From Aphanothece sp. CMT-3BRIN-NPC111 (GTDB lineage Bacteria > Cyanobacteriota > Cyanobacteriia > Cyanobacteriales > JAHHGU01), in assembly GCA_019359765.1 (NCBI GenBank), contig JAHHGU010000009.1, positions 18,776 through 82,775 of the forward strand: a stretch of 64,000 bases of DNA, read 5' to 3'. Positions 11,081 through 21,294 of this stretch are shown piece by piece. Each line of letters starts with the position of its first letter. The first letter of the stretch is position 1. Both the position numbers and the translations under genes were made by a program. Below the pieces are notes generated by a model. The model did no database searches and had not been told where the DNA came from. It saw only the letters and a program-made list of their open reading frames with translations.

Positions 11081-11299
11081 GTGATGGAAGTCACTAAGCG
11101 AGAATTCTACGTCATTATTGAACGGGATGAAGATGGCTATTATGTTGCGGAAGTTCCTCAGATCAAAGCCTGTTATAGCCAAGGAGAAACCATTGATGAG
11201 TTACTCTCCAATATTAAGGAAGTTATTGAACTCTGTTTAGAAGAAGAAGGGGATGAAAATATTCCAGAGTTTGTAGGCATTCAAAAGGTTGTAATTTAA
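11081..11299 (+). CDS. hicB: HicB-family antitoxin
   Basis: VIIERDEDGYYVAEVP...CYSQGETIDE. Confidence 0.88.
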   Translation: MMEVTKREFYVIIERDEDGYYVAEVPQIKACYSQGETIDELLSNIKEVIELCLEEEGDENIPEFVGIQKVVI

Positions 11300-11460
11300 T
11301 GCCAAAACTTCCGGCTTTAACAGGTAATGAAGTTATCAAGGTTCTTGAAAAAGTAGGCTTTCAAGTGATTCGACAAAAGGGTAGTTATGTACGGATGAAG
11401 CATGAGGATGGAGGGGTAGTACTACGTGATGCTGAATTGACACCAGAGGAGTTTATATAA
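11299..11460 (+). pseudogene. hicA: Degenerate HicA toxin (53 aa)
   Basis: My translation: MPKLPALTGNEVIKVLEKVGFQVIRQKGSYVRMKHEDGGVVLRDAELTPEEFI*. GSH is changed to GSY, the central VPxH segment is missing, and the stop is early. Confidence 0.8.
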
Positions 11461-11539
11461 TTGCTCGAATCAGACAGATGAGCGATCGCTCTTTTCGTTG
11501 CAGATGAGGGGAGGTGCGATCGCAAACTCAACCTGTATG

Positions 11540-11678
11540 ATATCAAGTCCGGTTGATCAACCACAATAGGCGTAGGGGCGGGTTTATAGATAAAATCTGC
11601 TACCGACAAATATTTTGGTTAAACCCGCCCCTACAAATCAATCGGTTTTTATTACGGGTAATCAAGCGGACATGATAT
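11540..11678. mobile_element. MITE-like element with nested REP-like palindrome
   Basis: Terminal inverted repeats atatcaagtccggttgat / atcaagcggacatgatat (16 of 18 match); internal gtaggggcgggttt...aaacccgcccctac. Confidence 0.7.
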
Positions 11679-11727
11679 GAGATGTCGGGTGTACAATAAT
11701 TTTACTTTAGCCCAGAGCTTACCTTTT

Positions 11728-11808
11728 ATTTATGCTTTAGCTGCAATGTTATATGTTCTTTTAACCGGAAGAGTTCCACCGTTTGCCACAGATAGAGAGC
11801 GATGCTAA
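11728..11808 (+). pseudogene. Relic of a Ser/Thr protein kinase (subdomain IX)
   Basis: Reads IYALAAMLYVLLTGRVPPFATDR; no start codon or remainder of the gene. Confidence 0.4.
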
Positions 11809-11903
11809 GCAAATATCGGGGAGAGGTCAGGACAAACGTTATTCTTATTCATGGTTATTAAATAAGGTTGATTAGTAGTAACCAGAAGTCAATTAAATAA
11901 ATA

Positions 11904-11941
11904 AAAGCCCCAACACTTCCTTAGCTAGGGATTGGGGCTTT
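11904..11941 (-). terminator. norB terminator
   Basis: aaagccccaa...ttggggcttt inverted repeat immediately after the norB stop. Confidence 0.65.
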
Positions 11942-11960
11942 ATACAGCTACTATTGTTAT

Positions 11961-14276
11961 TTACTGTTCAGCAGGCTTTAACTCTTCTGGCTTAGCTGTT
12001 GGAATCGGAAACCGGAAGACAGCAATAATTGCCCTCACCGTAAACAAGAACATCGTCATAGCACCGATCGCAAATATAATGTCACCCGGAATTCGCAACC
12101 ACACTGTCCAGCGCATCCAGGGGCTACCAATCACTTCAGCACTGCGAGCGAACCAAGTACCGTGATTAATTGACACTGCTAGTTGATGGAAGCCATTCGG
12201 AATTAAGCCGAAAACTAACATCATAACTAAACCACCATTGATTGCCCAGAATGCAAAGCGCAGCATCTTCTCATTCCATGCTTTATCTGGGACAAATTCC
12301 CGCAAGGAAAACAACATCAGCGCCAATGCCAAACAGCCATAGACACCAAACAAGGCTGAATGAGCGTGAATTGGAGTTGTATTTAGCCCCTGAGAGTAGT
12401 AGAGAACAATGGGCGGATTAATTAAAAAGCCGAACACTCCTGCACCTATCAAATTCCAAAAACAGGTAGCAAGGAAAAAGCGTAACGGCCAACGGTAAAA
12501 TCCTTCTGCTTCTTGAGAGAGTTTCAAAGTTTTCAACACCTCGAAACCAATCAGCGTTAGGGGAACCACTTCCAAGGCGGAAAAAACTGATCCTATTGCT
12601 GCAATAAAGGATGGTGTACCAGAAAAGTAGAGATGGTGCAGTGTTCCAATCACACCACTACCCAAATACAAAATAGTGGTGAGGTAAGTTGCACGCAACG
12701 CCGAGGATTTTTTGAGGAAACCTAGTTCGCTACAAAGATAGGCAATAACAACCGTGGCAAATACTTCAAAGAAACCTTCAACCCACAGATGAATTACCCA
12801 CCAGCGCCAATACTCCGCAATGCTCAAAGGTGTGTGATTGGTATACGCCAAACCTATTGAGTAAAACAGGGGAATTGTAATTGCGCTGTAAAGGAAAAAG
12901 TGGCTCAAGCCAGTAGGACTTTTTTCTTTTACCAAAGCAGGCTTGAAAGCCCGGTACATTAGCCATAGCCAAAACGTCATGGCACCAATAAGCAGCAATT
13001 GCCAAACACGGCCTAATTCTATGTACTCATAGCCTTGGTGTCCCCATAGAAAGCTATTTTTAACATCGAGAACTCCAGTCACCGCCTCCCAAGTGCCAAT
13101 CATCGAACCGACGACAATGACGGTTAAGGCGATGAGAAGAATTGTATTACCAAGTCCTTGATATTTGGGTTCGTAATTTCCAAAACGTGGGGCAAAGTAA
13201 AGTCCCGCTGCTAGCCAGCAAGTCGCAATCCAGAAAATGGCTAATTGTAAGTGCCAGGTGCGGGAAGCAGCATAGGGTAGGAATTTACTCAGAGGAATTC
13301 CGTAAAAACCTTCTGCTTCTACGGCATAGTGAGCGGTGAACATTCCCATCAATATTTGCACTAAAAATAGTGCCATTGCTACGCCAAAAAATAAAGAGGT
13401 TACTTTTTGGCTAGGTGTAGGAATTCGCACCGCTGGACGAGCCGGAACTGCTTGGACTTCATCGTCTTCTTCTTGAGTCAGGTAGACAAACAAAAAGATA
13501 CCACTGCCAGCAATGAGAGTGATCACCGACACAATCGACCAAATGATAAACTGCCCTGGCGCTTGGTTGCCTACTAAGTCATCATGAGGCCAATTGGCGG
13601 TGTAAGAAAAGGGTGCATTTGGTCGAGTCGCTACTGCTGCCCAAGCTGTCCACGTAAAGAAGGCGGTGACGTTGTGAATTTGGGTATCGTCTTTAAACCA
13701 GCCATTAGGAATTGAGTGAATAGGAGAGCCGTGGGCTAATAGTTCGTGATAATCTTGGAATACCTTATTTAATCCTTGCGTTTGTGCGTTAGTCAGGATT
13801 AAATCGTGTGTTTGCGGATCGTAACGATTGGTTTTGAACTGTTCGCTAACTTGGGCTTGCAGGCTGGCTCGATCTGGTGCTGGTAAAGCCTCTAAATCGG
13901 CTTGGGAAAAATCAGGCTGACTGTTGTACAAAACCCCAGCAGTTGCTAGTCCCCAGCGGTGGAGAACATCAGCGCTCCAATCGGGCGCTAGATAGCTTCC
14001 GTGTCCCCAAATGCTGCCGATGTGCTGACCGCCGCGAGCCAAATAAGTTTCTTGTCCAGCTTGAATTTCTGCCTTTGTGAGGACAATTTCTTGTTGGGGA
14101 GATAGTACTCTTTCTGGCAGGGGAGGGGCATTCTTCCAGATTACAGCCCCGGCTGCTAGCAAAGCAGTAAAAGTGATAATGCAAATCAGGACTAGCCAAG
14201 CAGGTAAACTAAGCGATCGCCTGCGGGTAACTGTTGCAGTATCGGCATTAACTAACGCAGTATTAGCCATAGCCAA
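11961..14276 (-). CDS. norB: Quinol-dependent nitric oxide reductase (qNor)
   Basis: GSIWGHGSYLAPDW, HLWVEGFFE, GTLHH and HAHSAL motifs; 771-aa single-subunit size. Confidence 0.96.
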   Translation of the reverse strand: MAMANTALVNADTATVTRRRSLSLPAWLVLICIITFTALLAAGAVIWKNAPPLPERVLSPQQEIVLTKAEIQAGQETYLARGGQHIGSIWGHGSYLAPDWSADVLHRWGLATAGVLYNSQPDFSQADLEALPAPDRASLQAQVSEQFKTNRYDPQTHDLILTNAQTQGLNKVFQDYHELLAHGSPIHSIPNGWFKDDTQIHNVTAFFTWTAWAAVATRPNAPFSYTANWPHDDLVGNQAPGQFIIWSIVSVITLIAGSGIFLFVYLTQEEDDEVQAVPARPAVRIPTPSQKVTSLFFGVAMALFLVQILMGMFTAHYAVEAEGFYGIPLSKFLPYAASRTWHLQLAIFWIATCWLAAGLYFAPRFGNYEPKYQGLGNTILLIALTVIVVGSMIGTWEAVTGVLDVKNSFLWGHQGYEYIELGRVWQLLLIGAMTFWLWLMYRAFKPALVKEKSPTGLSHFFLYSAITIPLFYSIGLAYTNHTPLSIAEYWRWWVIHLWVEGFFEVFATVVIAYLCSELGFLKKSSALRATYLTTILYLGSGVIGTLHHLYFSGTPSFIAAIGSVFSALEVVPLTLIGFEVLKTLKLSQEAEGFYRWPLRFFLATCFWNLIGAGVFGFLINPPIVLYYSQGLNTTPIHAHSALFGVYGCLALALMLFSLREFVPDKAWNEKMLRFAFWAINGGLVMMLVFGLIPNGFHQLAVSINHGTWFARSAEVIGSPWMRWTVWLRIPGDIIFAIGAMTMFLFTVRAIIAVFRFPIPTAKPEELKPAEQ

Positions 14277-14444
14277 ACCTCTAAAAATTGTGGCAAATTT
14301 TCTTAGATTCGTTATTTGGATTTAATTCCAAATAAACCCATCACCACAGTGTTTAACTTGGTGATCAGCAAATCGGCATAATTACAAATCACATGTGTCG
14401 CCTAGATGCTTACTTTCAATTTGCCAGTAATGCTCAATTAAGTC

Positions 14445-14460
14445 TCTGAGCTAGCTCATA
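14445..14460. promoter_or_regulatory. Crp/Fnr-type palindrome upstream of norB
   Basis: tctgag-ctag-ctcata. Confidence 0.6.
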
Positions 14461-14566
14461 TTGCTGGCAATGAAAGAGAGGAATGCGGAGAGTGAGAAGA
14501 TACTCTGGAGCGCCGCTGCCTCTCAAGCATCTCCCCGTCCTCTTCATAAAAATGCTGTTTCAGTTA

Positions 14567-15307
14567 CTACGATATTTCTACTGGCTCTTTCTCTGCTTCC
14601 CTTACGATATCAGCAGTCTGTGCGTCAATAGCAGTCTTGATTGATTCAGGTAGAGGTAGTTTATTGAGACTGTGCGGACTTTGAAAAGCTTGTTGGGCTT
14701 CAGGTTGCTGGCAAGCAATCATTGTTTTGACGTGTTCTAATTCGTCATCTCTGATGGCAAGGAATACATCATAGAGATTTTCGATTTTGGGACGACGTTC
14801 TTCGGGAGGACGAGTGGTTTGAAATTCATCAAACATATACAAATCGCCTTCCCGGTAATAATGGATGGCAACTTGAGGTGCTGGCAAAGTTTTGAGTTCC
14901 TCACCATGCTCTTTCAAAAAAGCGTCATAGGTGTGGTAGGCGTGTTCTTCTACCTGCTGCATAAACTTATAAGCAGATCGAGGTGAGACTATATACACCA
15001 AGACAATAATCCAGTAGTAAACAAAGGCTCCCGTATGAGCAACAAAGCGGTCAATCCAATATTTACTACCACCGAGAGACTCGGCAATTAGCAGGTGATG
15101 TAATTCGTTCCAGGATTCGGCAAAGTGGACTTTTAGCCAGTCGGCTTTGCGCCACCACCCCATTGTTTCATACAGGTGCAAAACTGAGGTGTAAGCAAAA
15201 TAGGGGACGCGGGCAACTGTCTCCAGTACAAAAAATCGTGGGTAGAGGCGCGTGCGATAAAAGGTGTTCAGAAGCGCTTCTAAAAAGTTAACGAGGAGTC
15301 GGATCAT
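14567..15307 (-). CDS. ptox: Plastoquinol terminal oxidase / alternative oxidase (PTOX)
   Basis: Di-iron motifs LETVARVP, ESWNELHHL, EEHAYHTY and RDDELEH. Confidence 0.93.
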   Translation of the reverse strand: MIRLLVNFLEALLNTFYRTRLYPRFFVLETVARVPYFAYTSVLHLYETMGWWRKADWLKVHFAESWNELHHLLIAESLGGSKYWIDRFVAHTGAFVYYWIIVLVYIVSPRSAYKFMQQVEEHAYHTYDAFLKEHGEELKTLPAPQVAIHYYREGDLYMFDEFQTTRPPEERRPKIENLYDVFLAIRDDELEHVKTMIACQQPEAQQAFQSPHSLNKLPLPESIKTAIDAQTADIVREAEKEPVEIS

Positions 15308-15437
15308 TTGGGCATTCTCCTAGATCGCTTATTTCATGGAAATACTTCTATGTGGTATCGCCCTCTCCATCAGGAGGTAGACCAACCGATGTACATTGGA
15401 CACACTGAATTAATAAGGTGTCAAATGACACATCTGG

Positions 15438-16286
15438 CTAAAGAGTTGTTAAGCGTGCTGGCAAAACTGAGAGGGCAATAATGATGAGAAAACTACAAGC
15501 AGTCACAGTTTCGAGCATCGCCACAAATTCAATTTTAGCGGTGCGATAGCATTGCTGATTTGAGGCAACGAAGCCAAATTTGAGTAGCGCCACCCCGAAA
15601 GCTAAAGCTGCAACAGGTGGTAGCCAGCCAAACCAGTAGAGGGTAGTGACAATAAGAGTTGCGATCGCGTGGTAAACCATCCCTGGCAACACAGAACTAA
15701 TTTTTGGCTTACGCAGCTTGACGGTGAAAATGGTGCTGGAAAAGTTGAGAGTATTCAGCGCCCATAATCCTATTGTATCGGGTGATATTGTCCCAGTAGT
15801 AGCAGCGTAAGCTAGGGGAGCAGATAAGCAAACGGCAGCAAAGGTAATTAGCTCGTTAGCAATTGATTTTTGTTCGCGGTGGAAAACTGAGATTCCATCC
15901 ACAATCAGTGCAGCAACTGCACCTCCATAAATCCAGAGTAACACCGGGAAGCTGAGGTAGAGCCACAGCGCGATCGCCAAGGACACAATGGCATACAAAC
16001 TACCCCAAATTAGAAACCGAGGTTTGAGACTCCGCCGTTGCTTAATCTGAAGTACCAGAGGATGTTCTGCCTGAAAACCACAGAATGCACACACTAAAGC
16101 CAGCGTCGTTGCCAGTGTCCAGTCTTGAGCCGCTGCTGCTCCCGTCAGGAATGAAACCAGCAGCACCACGTAAATACCATGCTCTGGGGAAAGCGTCGGT
16201 CTGTACCAAGCTTGCAAGTTGTGTGAACAATGCTTTTTAGCTTCTGGTAGCGTGGTTGAGATGCGATCGCTGACTTGCTGAGTCAT
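15438..16286 (-). CDS. YwiC-like membrane protein
   Basis: N-terminal PEHG motif and multiple TM helices. Confidence 0.75.
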   Translation of the reverse strand: MTQQVSDRISTTLPEAKKHCSHNLQAWYRPTLSPEHGIYVVLLVSFLTGAAAAQDWTLATTLALVCAFCGFQAEHPLVLQIKQRRSLKPRFLIWGSLYAIVSLAIALWLYLSFPVLLWIYGGAVAALIVDGISVFHREQKSIANELITFAAVCLSAPLAYAATTGTISPDTIGLWALNTLNFSSTIFTVKLRKPKISSVLPGMVYHAIATLIVTTLYWFGWLPPVAALAFGVALLKFGFVASNQQCYRTAKIEFVAMLETVTACSFLIIIALSVLPARLTTL

Positions 16287-16353
16287 GGTTTTTTCTACTT
16301 ACCGCACTGGAGAATATGAATCCTGAGGAAGGACGACGACAATGCAGCCGCCT

Positions 16354-16848
16354 TCAACAAAATAAAGCAACTGCTTGGCGAGACTGAGCTTGTTCGCGGG
16401 CATCAACCGCAAGTACCAAACACAAAGCAGCGATCGCTTTTTGCCATTCCTGACGCACTTGGGCATCCTCTACAGACTCAAACAACCCCACCAGACGAGG
16501 GATTGAGCGTTCTATTGCTGGACTTGGAACTGGACGATGCAACTCGACCAAGCGCATCAGGCTTTCCTGCTTTTTGAGGAAGTTAACCACCCACTGGGTC
16601 GTATGATTTGGACTATCCGGGACGCGCTCCACTCCCAACTCATTTTGCAGCCAGTCATAAAAGGGCGGTAGCTTATCTGCTAAAACAGTCTTGGCGGTAG
16701 GCAAACTTTGTTGTAACAGATTAATATTTAAGCTATTTAGCTTCTGCTGAATTGCAGGTGAGTTGAGCAAGTCCTGTAAGCTAAATGAAAGTAGCGTTTC
16801 TACTTCAGCAGTCGATAGGTTGAGGTATTGAGTAAAGACATCAAGCAT
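16354..16848 (-). CDS. Hypothetical protein
   Basis: 164-aa ORF with RBS (aagga), co-oriented within the cluster. Confidence 0.7.
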   Translation of the reverse strand: MLDVFTQYLNLSTAEVETLLSFSLQDLLNSPAIQQKLNSLNINLLQQSLPTAKTVLADKLPPFYDWLQNELGVERVPDSPNHTTQWVVNFLKKQESLMRLVELHRPVPSPAIERSIPRLVGLFESVEDAQVRQEWQKAIAALCLVLAVDAREQAQSRQAVALFC

Positions 16849-16900
16849 GGCTAGTTCCTTTGTTACTTAGACTACTATCCCTTTGGAAGGATGAAGAAAC

Positions 16901-16916
16901 TATGAGCTACCTCAGT
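16901..16916. promoter_or_regulatory. Crp/Fnr-type palindrome
   Basis: tatgag-ctac-ctcagt. Confidence 0.55.
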
Positions 16917-16941
16917 TAGCCATCATTTATCTACCTTAATG

Positions 16942-17277
16942 CTAGCGATTATCCGAAAGCGTCAGCAGAAAAGCCAGATTATCCTTTGCTTTCACAGCGT
17001 GAGGAGCATGGGCGGGCATGAAGACAAAAACGCCCGGTTCAAGTGGTATTTCTTGCCCTGCCAACGTTAACAGCCCACTTCCTTCAATTACGTGGACAGT
17101 TGCATTTCGAGCCGAGGTGTGTTCAGAAATATCCGTACCTGCTGCTAGACAAAACAGCGTGTATTGACAGCAGGAATCTTTAATTAACACTTTGCTGAGT
17201 ACTCCCTGCTTGGGATACTCAATTTTTTCTTGCAGTTGGATCGCTAAAGATGGATGAGGAACGAGTGTAGTAGTCAT
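16942..17277 (-). CDS. Cupin domain protein
   Basis: EHTS...HVIEGSG...MPAHAPHAV. Confidence 0.88.
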   Translation of the reverse strand: MTTTLVPHPSLAIQLQEKIEYPKQGVLSKVLIKDSCCQYTLFCLAAGTDISEHTSARNATVHVIEGSGLLTLAGQEIPLEPGVFVFMPAHAPHAVKAKDNLAFLLTLSDNR

Positions 17278-17320
17278 GGTTGATTCACCGCTAGCACGGA
17301 GTTATTTAATTCAAAACTCT

Positions 17321-17389
17321 GTACGGGCGGGTTTAGCAGATGAATCTGGGGTGGAAACAGAACAATCCTCAACAAAACCCGCCCCTACA
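17321..17389. repeat. REP-like dispersed palindrome
   Basis: gtacgggcgggttt...aaacccgcccctac; same family as the one at ~11572. Confidence 0.75.
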
Positions 17390-17408
17390 ACTTAAAACTT
17401 TTAAGACC

Positions 17409-18185
17409 TTAGGCTCGTGTTGCACATAGGACGATGTAACCTAAGTCCTGCTGATATTGCTGAAAGACACGGCGCATTGCCAATATTCTTTCCCGAAGCT
17501 GTGGGCGTGTCAGCACATTCCACAGAATTCGAGCTGTATCTACAACTCCCTCGTCTTGAAGCATCCGGCGCAGATTTAACAAAGCCATTGCTCCGGTTTG
17601 ATGCTGTTGTACTTGCAGTCCCGCAGTTTCACAGGCAGCAATCCAATTTGTCTCCGACAGGGGGGTGGAATTCGCGCGAATTACCTGTGCTAGAGCTTGA
17701 TGAATCTCTGCTTCCTGGTTACGGGCTAGTAATTCATGGGAAAGAAATTTGCCTCCTGGTTTCAGGCGATCGCGCACCCCTGCCAAAATCTTCGCTTTCC
17801 CTGGCGCAGACTGCATGGAGAGAATCGCCTCTGCCAAAACGTAATCAAATTGCTCAGAATTCCCTTCTAGGTGGAATACATCGCCCTCGATCACCTCTAC
17901 CTGACCTGTTAGTCCCGCCGCCTCAATGTTGGCACGCGCACGGGCTACGCTGTCCGGATTTTTCTCTACGCCAACCACTCGCACGCCAAAGCGCTGAGCC
18001 AGTGCGATCGCACTATAGCCAAAACTAGAAGCTAGTTCTAGAACTGTCTCACCTGCTTTGAAGTCTGCCCACTCAAACAACTGTTCTGTGGCAATTCGTC
18101 CGCCTGGTCGCAACATTTTTTTCCCAGCGGCTGCCAGGATTTGGTGCCCAGTCGCGTTTTGGAAGTTGAGGGTAGCATTGGTCAT
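17409..18185 (-). CDS. SAM-dependent methyltransferase
   Basis: LRPGG, VLELASSFG and FDYVLAEA motifs. Confidence 0.85.
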   Translation of the reverse strand: MTNATLNFQNATGHQILAAAGKKMLRPGGRIATEQLFEWADFKAGETVLELASSFGYSAIALAQRFGVRVVGVEKNPDSVARARANIEAAGLTGQVEVIEGDVFHLEGNSEQFDYVLAEAILSMQSAPGKAKILAGVRDRLKPGGKFLSHELLARNQEAEIHQALAQVIRANSTPLSETNWIAACETAGLQVQQHQTGAMALLNLRRMLQDEGVVDTARILWNVLTRPQLRERILAMRRVFQQYQQDLGYIVLCATRA

Positions 18186-18244
18186 AACCTTGTCCCTGAA
18201 ATTCGCTGCTACCTTCTACTTTCCTAGGATTTCTCAATCTTCTC

Positions 18245-18260
18245 TATGAGTTAGCTCATA
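18245..18260. promoter_or_regulatory. Crp/Fnr-type palindrome
   Basis: tatgag-ttag-ctcata, with perfect 6-bp arms. Confidence 0.6.
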
Positions 18261-18661
18261 CTCCGATAAAAAAGTTTGGTTCACGAGGTGCTATTCGGCG
18301 AATCTCCAGGTGTGTGGCTAGTACCTCAGCTTCTCAAGCTCGCCTGGAGATTTTCTTAAGTTGCAAAAGCTTTCTGGGGAATTAAGCGCGATCGCCATGC
18401 ACAGAGTTTGCTTTCGGGTCTCACATACTCAAAACTACATATATAGTTTTTTCAATATTCATAAACTAATTTATTCAAAAACTCCCATTTCTCCTCCACT
18501 TTTTTATAATGAACTTAAGTAAAAAGTTAGAAACGGGAACATCTCGCTTTAGCTTCCCACATTTTCTTGTAAGTAGACATGCTGCTATCTATCTATTCTG
18601 GTAGAAATGTCTCTTACATAAGAGGGATATTTATACTTACTGGGATGCTCCCTTTTAACCT

Positions 18662-19105
18662 GTGGAGATTCCTATGATCAACAACTACGCGAAAAACGGC
18701 TCAAAAGCAACAGAAAATAGCAAGCCGAGAAATGCGGAAGCCTATCGAGCAGTTACTACAAGAAACTTAACAGCAAATCCTGGGGATAGGATTGCTGATG
18801 AACCTCAATCAATTGAGGAAAAAGCAAAGCAACTTGCTGTGGATGCGCCGGACATCACCGGAGACCATATTAAAGTTCCCACTTACTTTATCGTGGAATA
18901 TCCTAATGGTGAGAAAAAGGCATTACATCATGTAAAGGATGCTAAAGAAATATCGGATGTGATTCGGCAAGCGCACTTTTATGAAGAGGGAGAAAAATAC
19001 AAATTAGGGGAAGTAAAACAACAGAATAACTTTAATTTAGCTCCCATAATCTTGATTGTTGCCTTGTGCCTGTTGTCTTTCCCTATTCTTATAGGGATTT
19101 TTTAG
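18662..19105 (+). CDS. Hypothetical protein with C-terminal membrane anchor
   Basis: ORF with a hydrophobic tail; true start probably the ATG at 18674. Confidence 0.65.
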   Translation: MEIPMINNYAKNGSKATENSKPRNAEAYRAVTTRNLTANPGDRIADEPQSIEEKAKQLAVDAPDITGDHIKVPTYFIVEYPNGEKKALHHVKDAKEISDVIRQAHFYEEGEKYKLGEVKQQNNFNLAPIILIVALCLLSFPILIGIF

Positions 19106-19405
19106 GTAGGTTAATAACCTTACCCCATGGCATTGTCAAGTGCGCTGTATGGGAATTGGCATCATCCACCGTTTTGAAACTTTCAGTAATGGCAGTGGAT
19201 GAGGCAATTTTTTGTATGAGTGCGATCGCATTTCCTGAGTTCTGCTACTACATTTGCCTGAGCGTTACAGAATGCGATCGTGTCTTTTTCCTCAATACTC
19301 CACTCTCTAGGGAGGTTGGGCAATAGATTGCTTAAGAATTAGGCAACGATATTCTCTGGAATTTAGTTAATCAACCACACTATTGTTACTGGATTACTCT
19401 TCCGG

Positions 19406-20950
19406 TCACGCTTTCAACCCTAAATCCACCGCAATCCGATGGGCACAGGCAAACCCCGAAAACGCGACTGCATTTAAACCTTGCCCCGGAAACGTACTAT
19501 CTCCCACACAATAAAGCCCCGGTATAGCTGTTCGGTTAAACGGCATCCCCAACAACCCCGGCAACTTGCGACGGGGAATCGGCCCATAGCTGCCATCATC
19601 ACGCCCTAAAAAGCGGCGATGGCTGCGAGGTGTCCCCACTTCCATATAGTCTAGTCCTGCATCTAAGCCGGGAAAAATCTTTTCCAGCCGCTCAATTATA
19701 CGCCCAGCGGCTTCTTCCTTCTTTTGTTCGTACTCATTGGCAGATAATCCTTGCCAATCTTCCATCCAGCTAGGCGTGAAAGAGTGAATGATGTGATAAC
19801 CTTTGGGTGCCAAATCCGGGTCAAGCAATGTGGGAATTGACACAAAGATGGTGCCTTCAGGTGCTTCCATCTTGTCCCAGTCTTCCAGCAAGATGTGGTG
19901 GCACTCTGTACCCGGCGGCAATACATCCGCCTCTACGCCCAAGTGCAAACTGAGAAAGCTAGGTGACTTTTGGTAACGCTGCTGCCACTTCTTCTCAGCC
20001 GTTGGCATTTCTTCCGGTGGCAGTAACTTCTCAAAAGTATCCCAGCGTGTGGCATTAGAAACGACGCGCTTAGCATGATAGATTTTCCCATCAGCTAGCT
20101 GCACTCCCACTGCTCGCCCCTTTTCTGTAACAATCTTAGTTACTCTGGCTTTATACTCGATTTTCCCTCCAGCTTTCTCGAGTCCTTCCACCAGTTTCTG
20201 GGCAATTTGACCCACGCCGCCTTTGGGGTAGTTAATCCCGCCGTAGTGCCTGTCTGAAAATACCATCCCAGCATTAATCATCGGTGTCAGGTCAGCTGGA
20301 ACAACAGACCAGCAATAGCACTCCATATCAATAAACTTCAATAGCATTGGGTCGCTGATGTAGCGCCTAGCAATCTCTCCGGCATTTTGAGGCAGGTACT
20401 TGACTAAACCAAGACAGGCAAAGGGATGCTGGAAAAACGCGCGAGTTAGATACCGGGGTTCTTCCAGTGAGAGCAACTCCATCGCGTTGAGGCAGTTGAA
20501 TACTTTCCAGCATTCATCATAAAACTTGCGGATGCCTTGACGTTCGTGGGGAAAATGATCTATCAGTTCTTGCAAAAATTTCTCATAATTGCGATGAACT
20601 TTTAAATCAAGATGGTTAGGCAGGTGATAGTCAATCTGCACTGAATCTGGGATAGTTTCCAGGCTGGCATTCACAGCATCAAGAGCACGGGTGAGGAGAT
20701 TGGTGGTGCCCTGAGTGCCAAACCCAAAAATCATCGACGCCCCAACATCAAAGCGATAGCCCTCTCGCTCAAAGTATCCGGCACTGCCTCCTGGGATGAG
20801 ATAGCGTTCCAGCACCAGCACTTTGGCTTTCTTGGCGGCTAGCTGAGTTGCCGTTACCAGCCCCCCAATTCCAGAGCCAATCACGATCACATCAAATGTT
20901 TGTGGCTGGAATTGATAGCTGGGTTGGGATGAGGTGGAAGTAGCAGGCAT
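19406..20950 (-). CDS. crtH: Carotenoid isomerase
   Basis: GSGIGG FAD motif, [10 protein letters not shown] and [17 protein letters not shown]. Confidence 0.93.
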   Translation of the reverse strand: MPATSTSSQPSYQFQPQTFDVIVIGSGIGGLVTATQLAAKKAKVLVLERYLIPGGSAGYFEREGYRFDVGASMIFGFGTQGTTNLLTRALDAVNASLETIPDSVQIDYHLPNHLDLKVHRNYEKFLQELIDHFPHERQGIRKFYDECWKVFNCLNAMELLSLEEPRYLTRAFFQHPFACLGLVKYLPQNAGEIARRYISDPMLLKFIDMECYCWSVVPADLTPMINAGMVFSDRHYGGINYPKGGVGQIAQKLVEGLEKAGGKIEYKARVTKIVTEKGRAVGVQLADGKIYHAKRVVSNATRWDTFEKLLPPEEMPTAEKKWQQRYQKSPSFLSLHLGVEADVLPPGTECHHILLEDWDKMEAPEGTIFVSIPTLLDPDLAPKGYHIIHSFTPSWMEDWQGLSANEYEQKKEEAAGRIIERLEKIFPGLDAGLDYMEVGTPRSHRRFLGRDDGSYGPIPRRKLPGLLGMPFNRTAIPGLYCVGDSTFPGQGLNAVAFSGFACAHRIAVDLGLKA

Positions 20951-21213
20951 GGAGTCAAATAATTTTAGATTTTAGATTTACCTGACCCACTTTTGGGGCG
21001 AGGCTTGAATTAAATTTTACGTATTAAACTGTCTCGAAACATTTTTTAACATATCACATTAGGCGGGTATACCCTCCTACCCGTGAGCACGGTGAGGATA
21101 AAAGCCGGGTCTGCGTGATCGCACTTCTAGATTAAAATTGTCCAGAGAACGAACTCATAGATTTATGTCTAGCCTTTACCGGACAGTAGGCCACTGTGAA
21201 GTTCTAGAAGTTT

Positions 21214-21288
21214 AAAAAAAAGTGGGGACAAGCTTGCTGCTGCTAACCCGTCCCACCTGCCGATCCTTAAATTTGAGAGGAGAACACT
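21214..21288 (-). ncRNA. isaR1: IsaR1 iron-stress sRNA homolog
   Basis: Minus strand reads AGTGTTCTCCTCTCAAATTTAAGGATCGGCAG, then a GTGGGAC...GTCCCCAC-T8 terminator. It lies between crtH and upp, matching IsaR1 sequence and synteny as I recall them. Confidence 0.8.
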
Positions 21289-21294
21289 AAAAGC

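Noticed and set aside
15416-15435. ggtgtc-aaat-gacaca upstream of ptox as a fourth operator
   Set aside because: Spacing fits but the half-sites differ (TGTC versus TGAG), so it was not counted
17417-18028. 203-aa plus-strand ORF
   Set aside because: Antisense to the methyltransferase, with no motifs
18301-18352. aatctccagg...cctggagatt inverted repeat
   Set aside because: An isolated 10-bp stem with no second copy or other support
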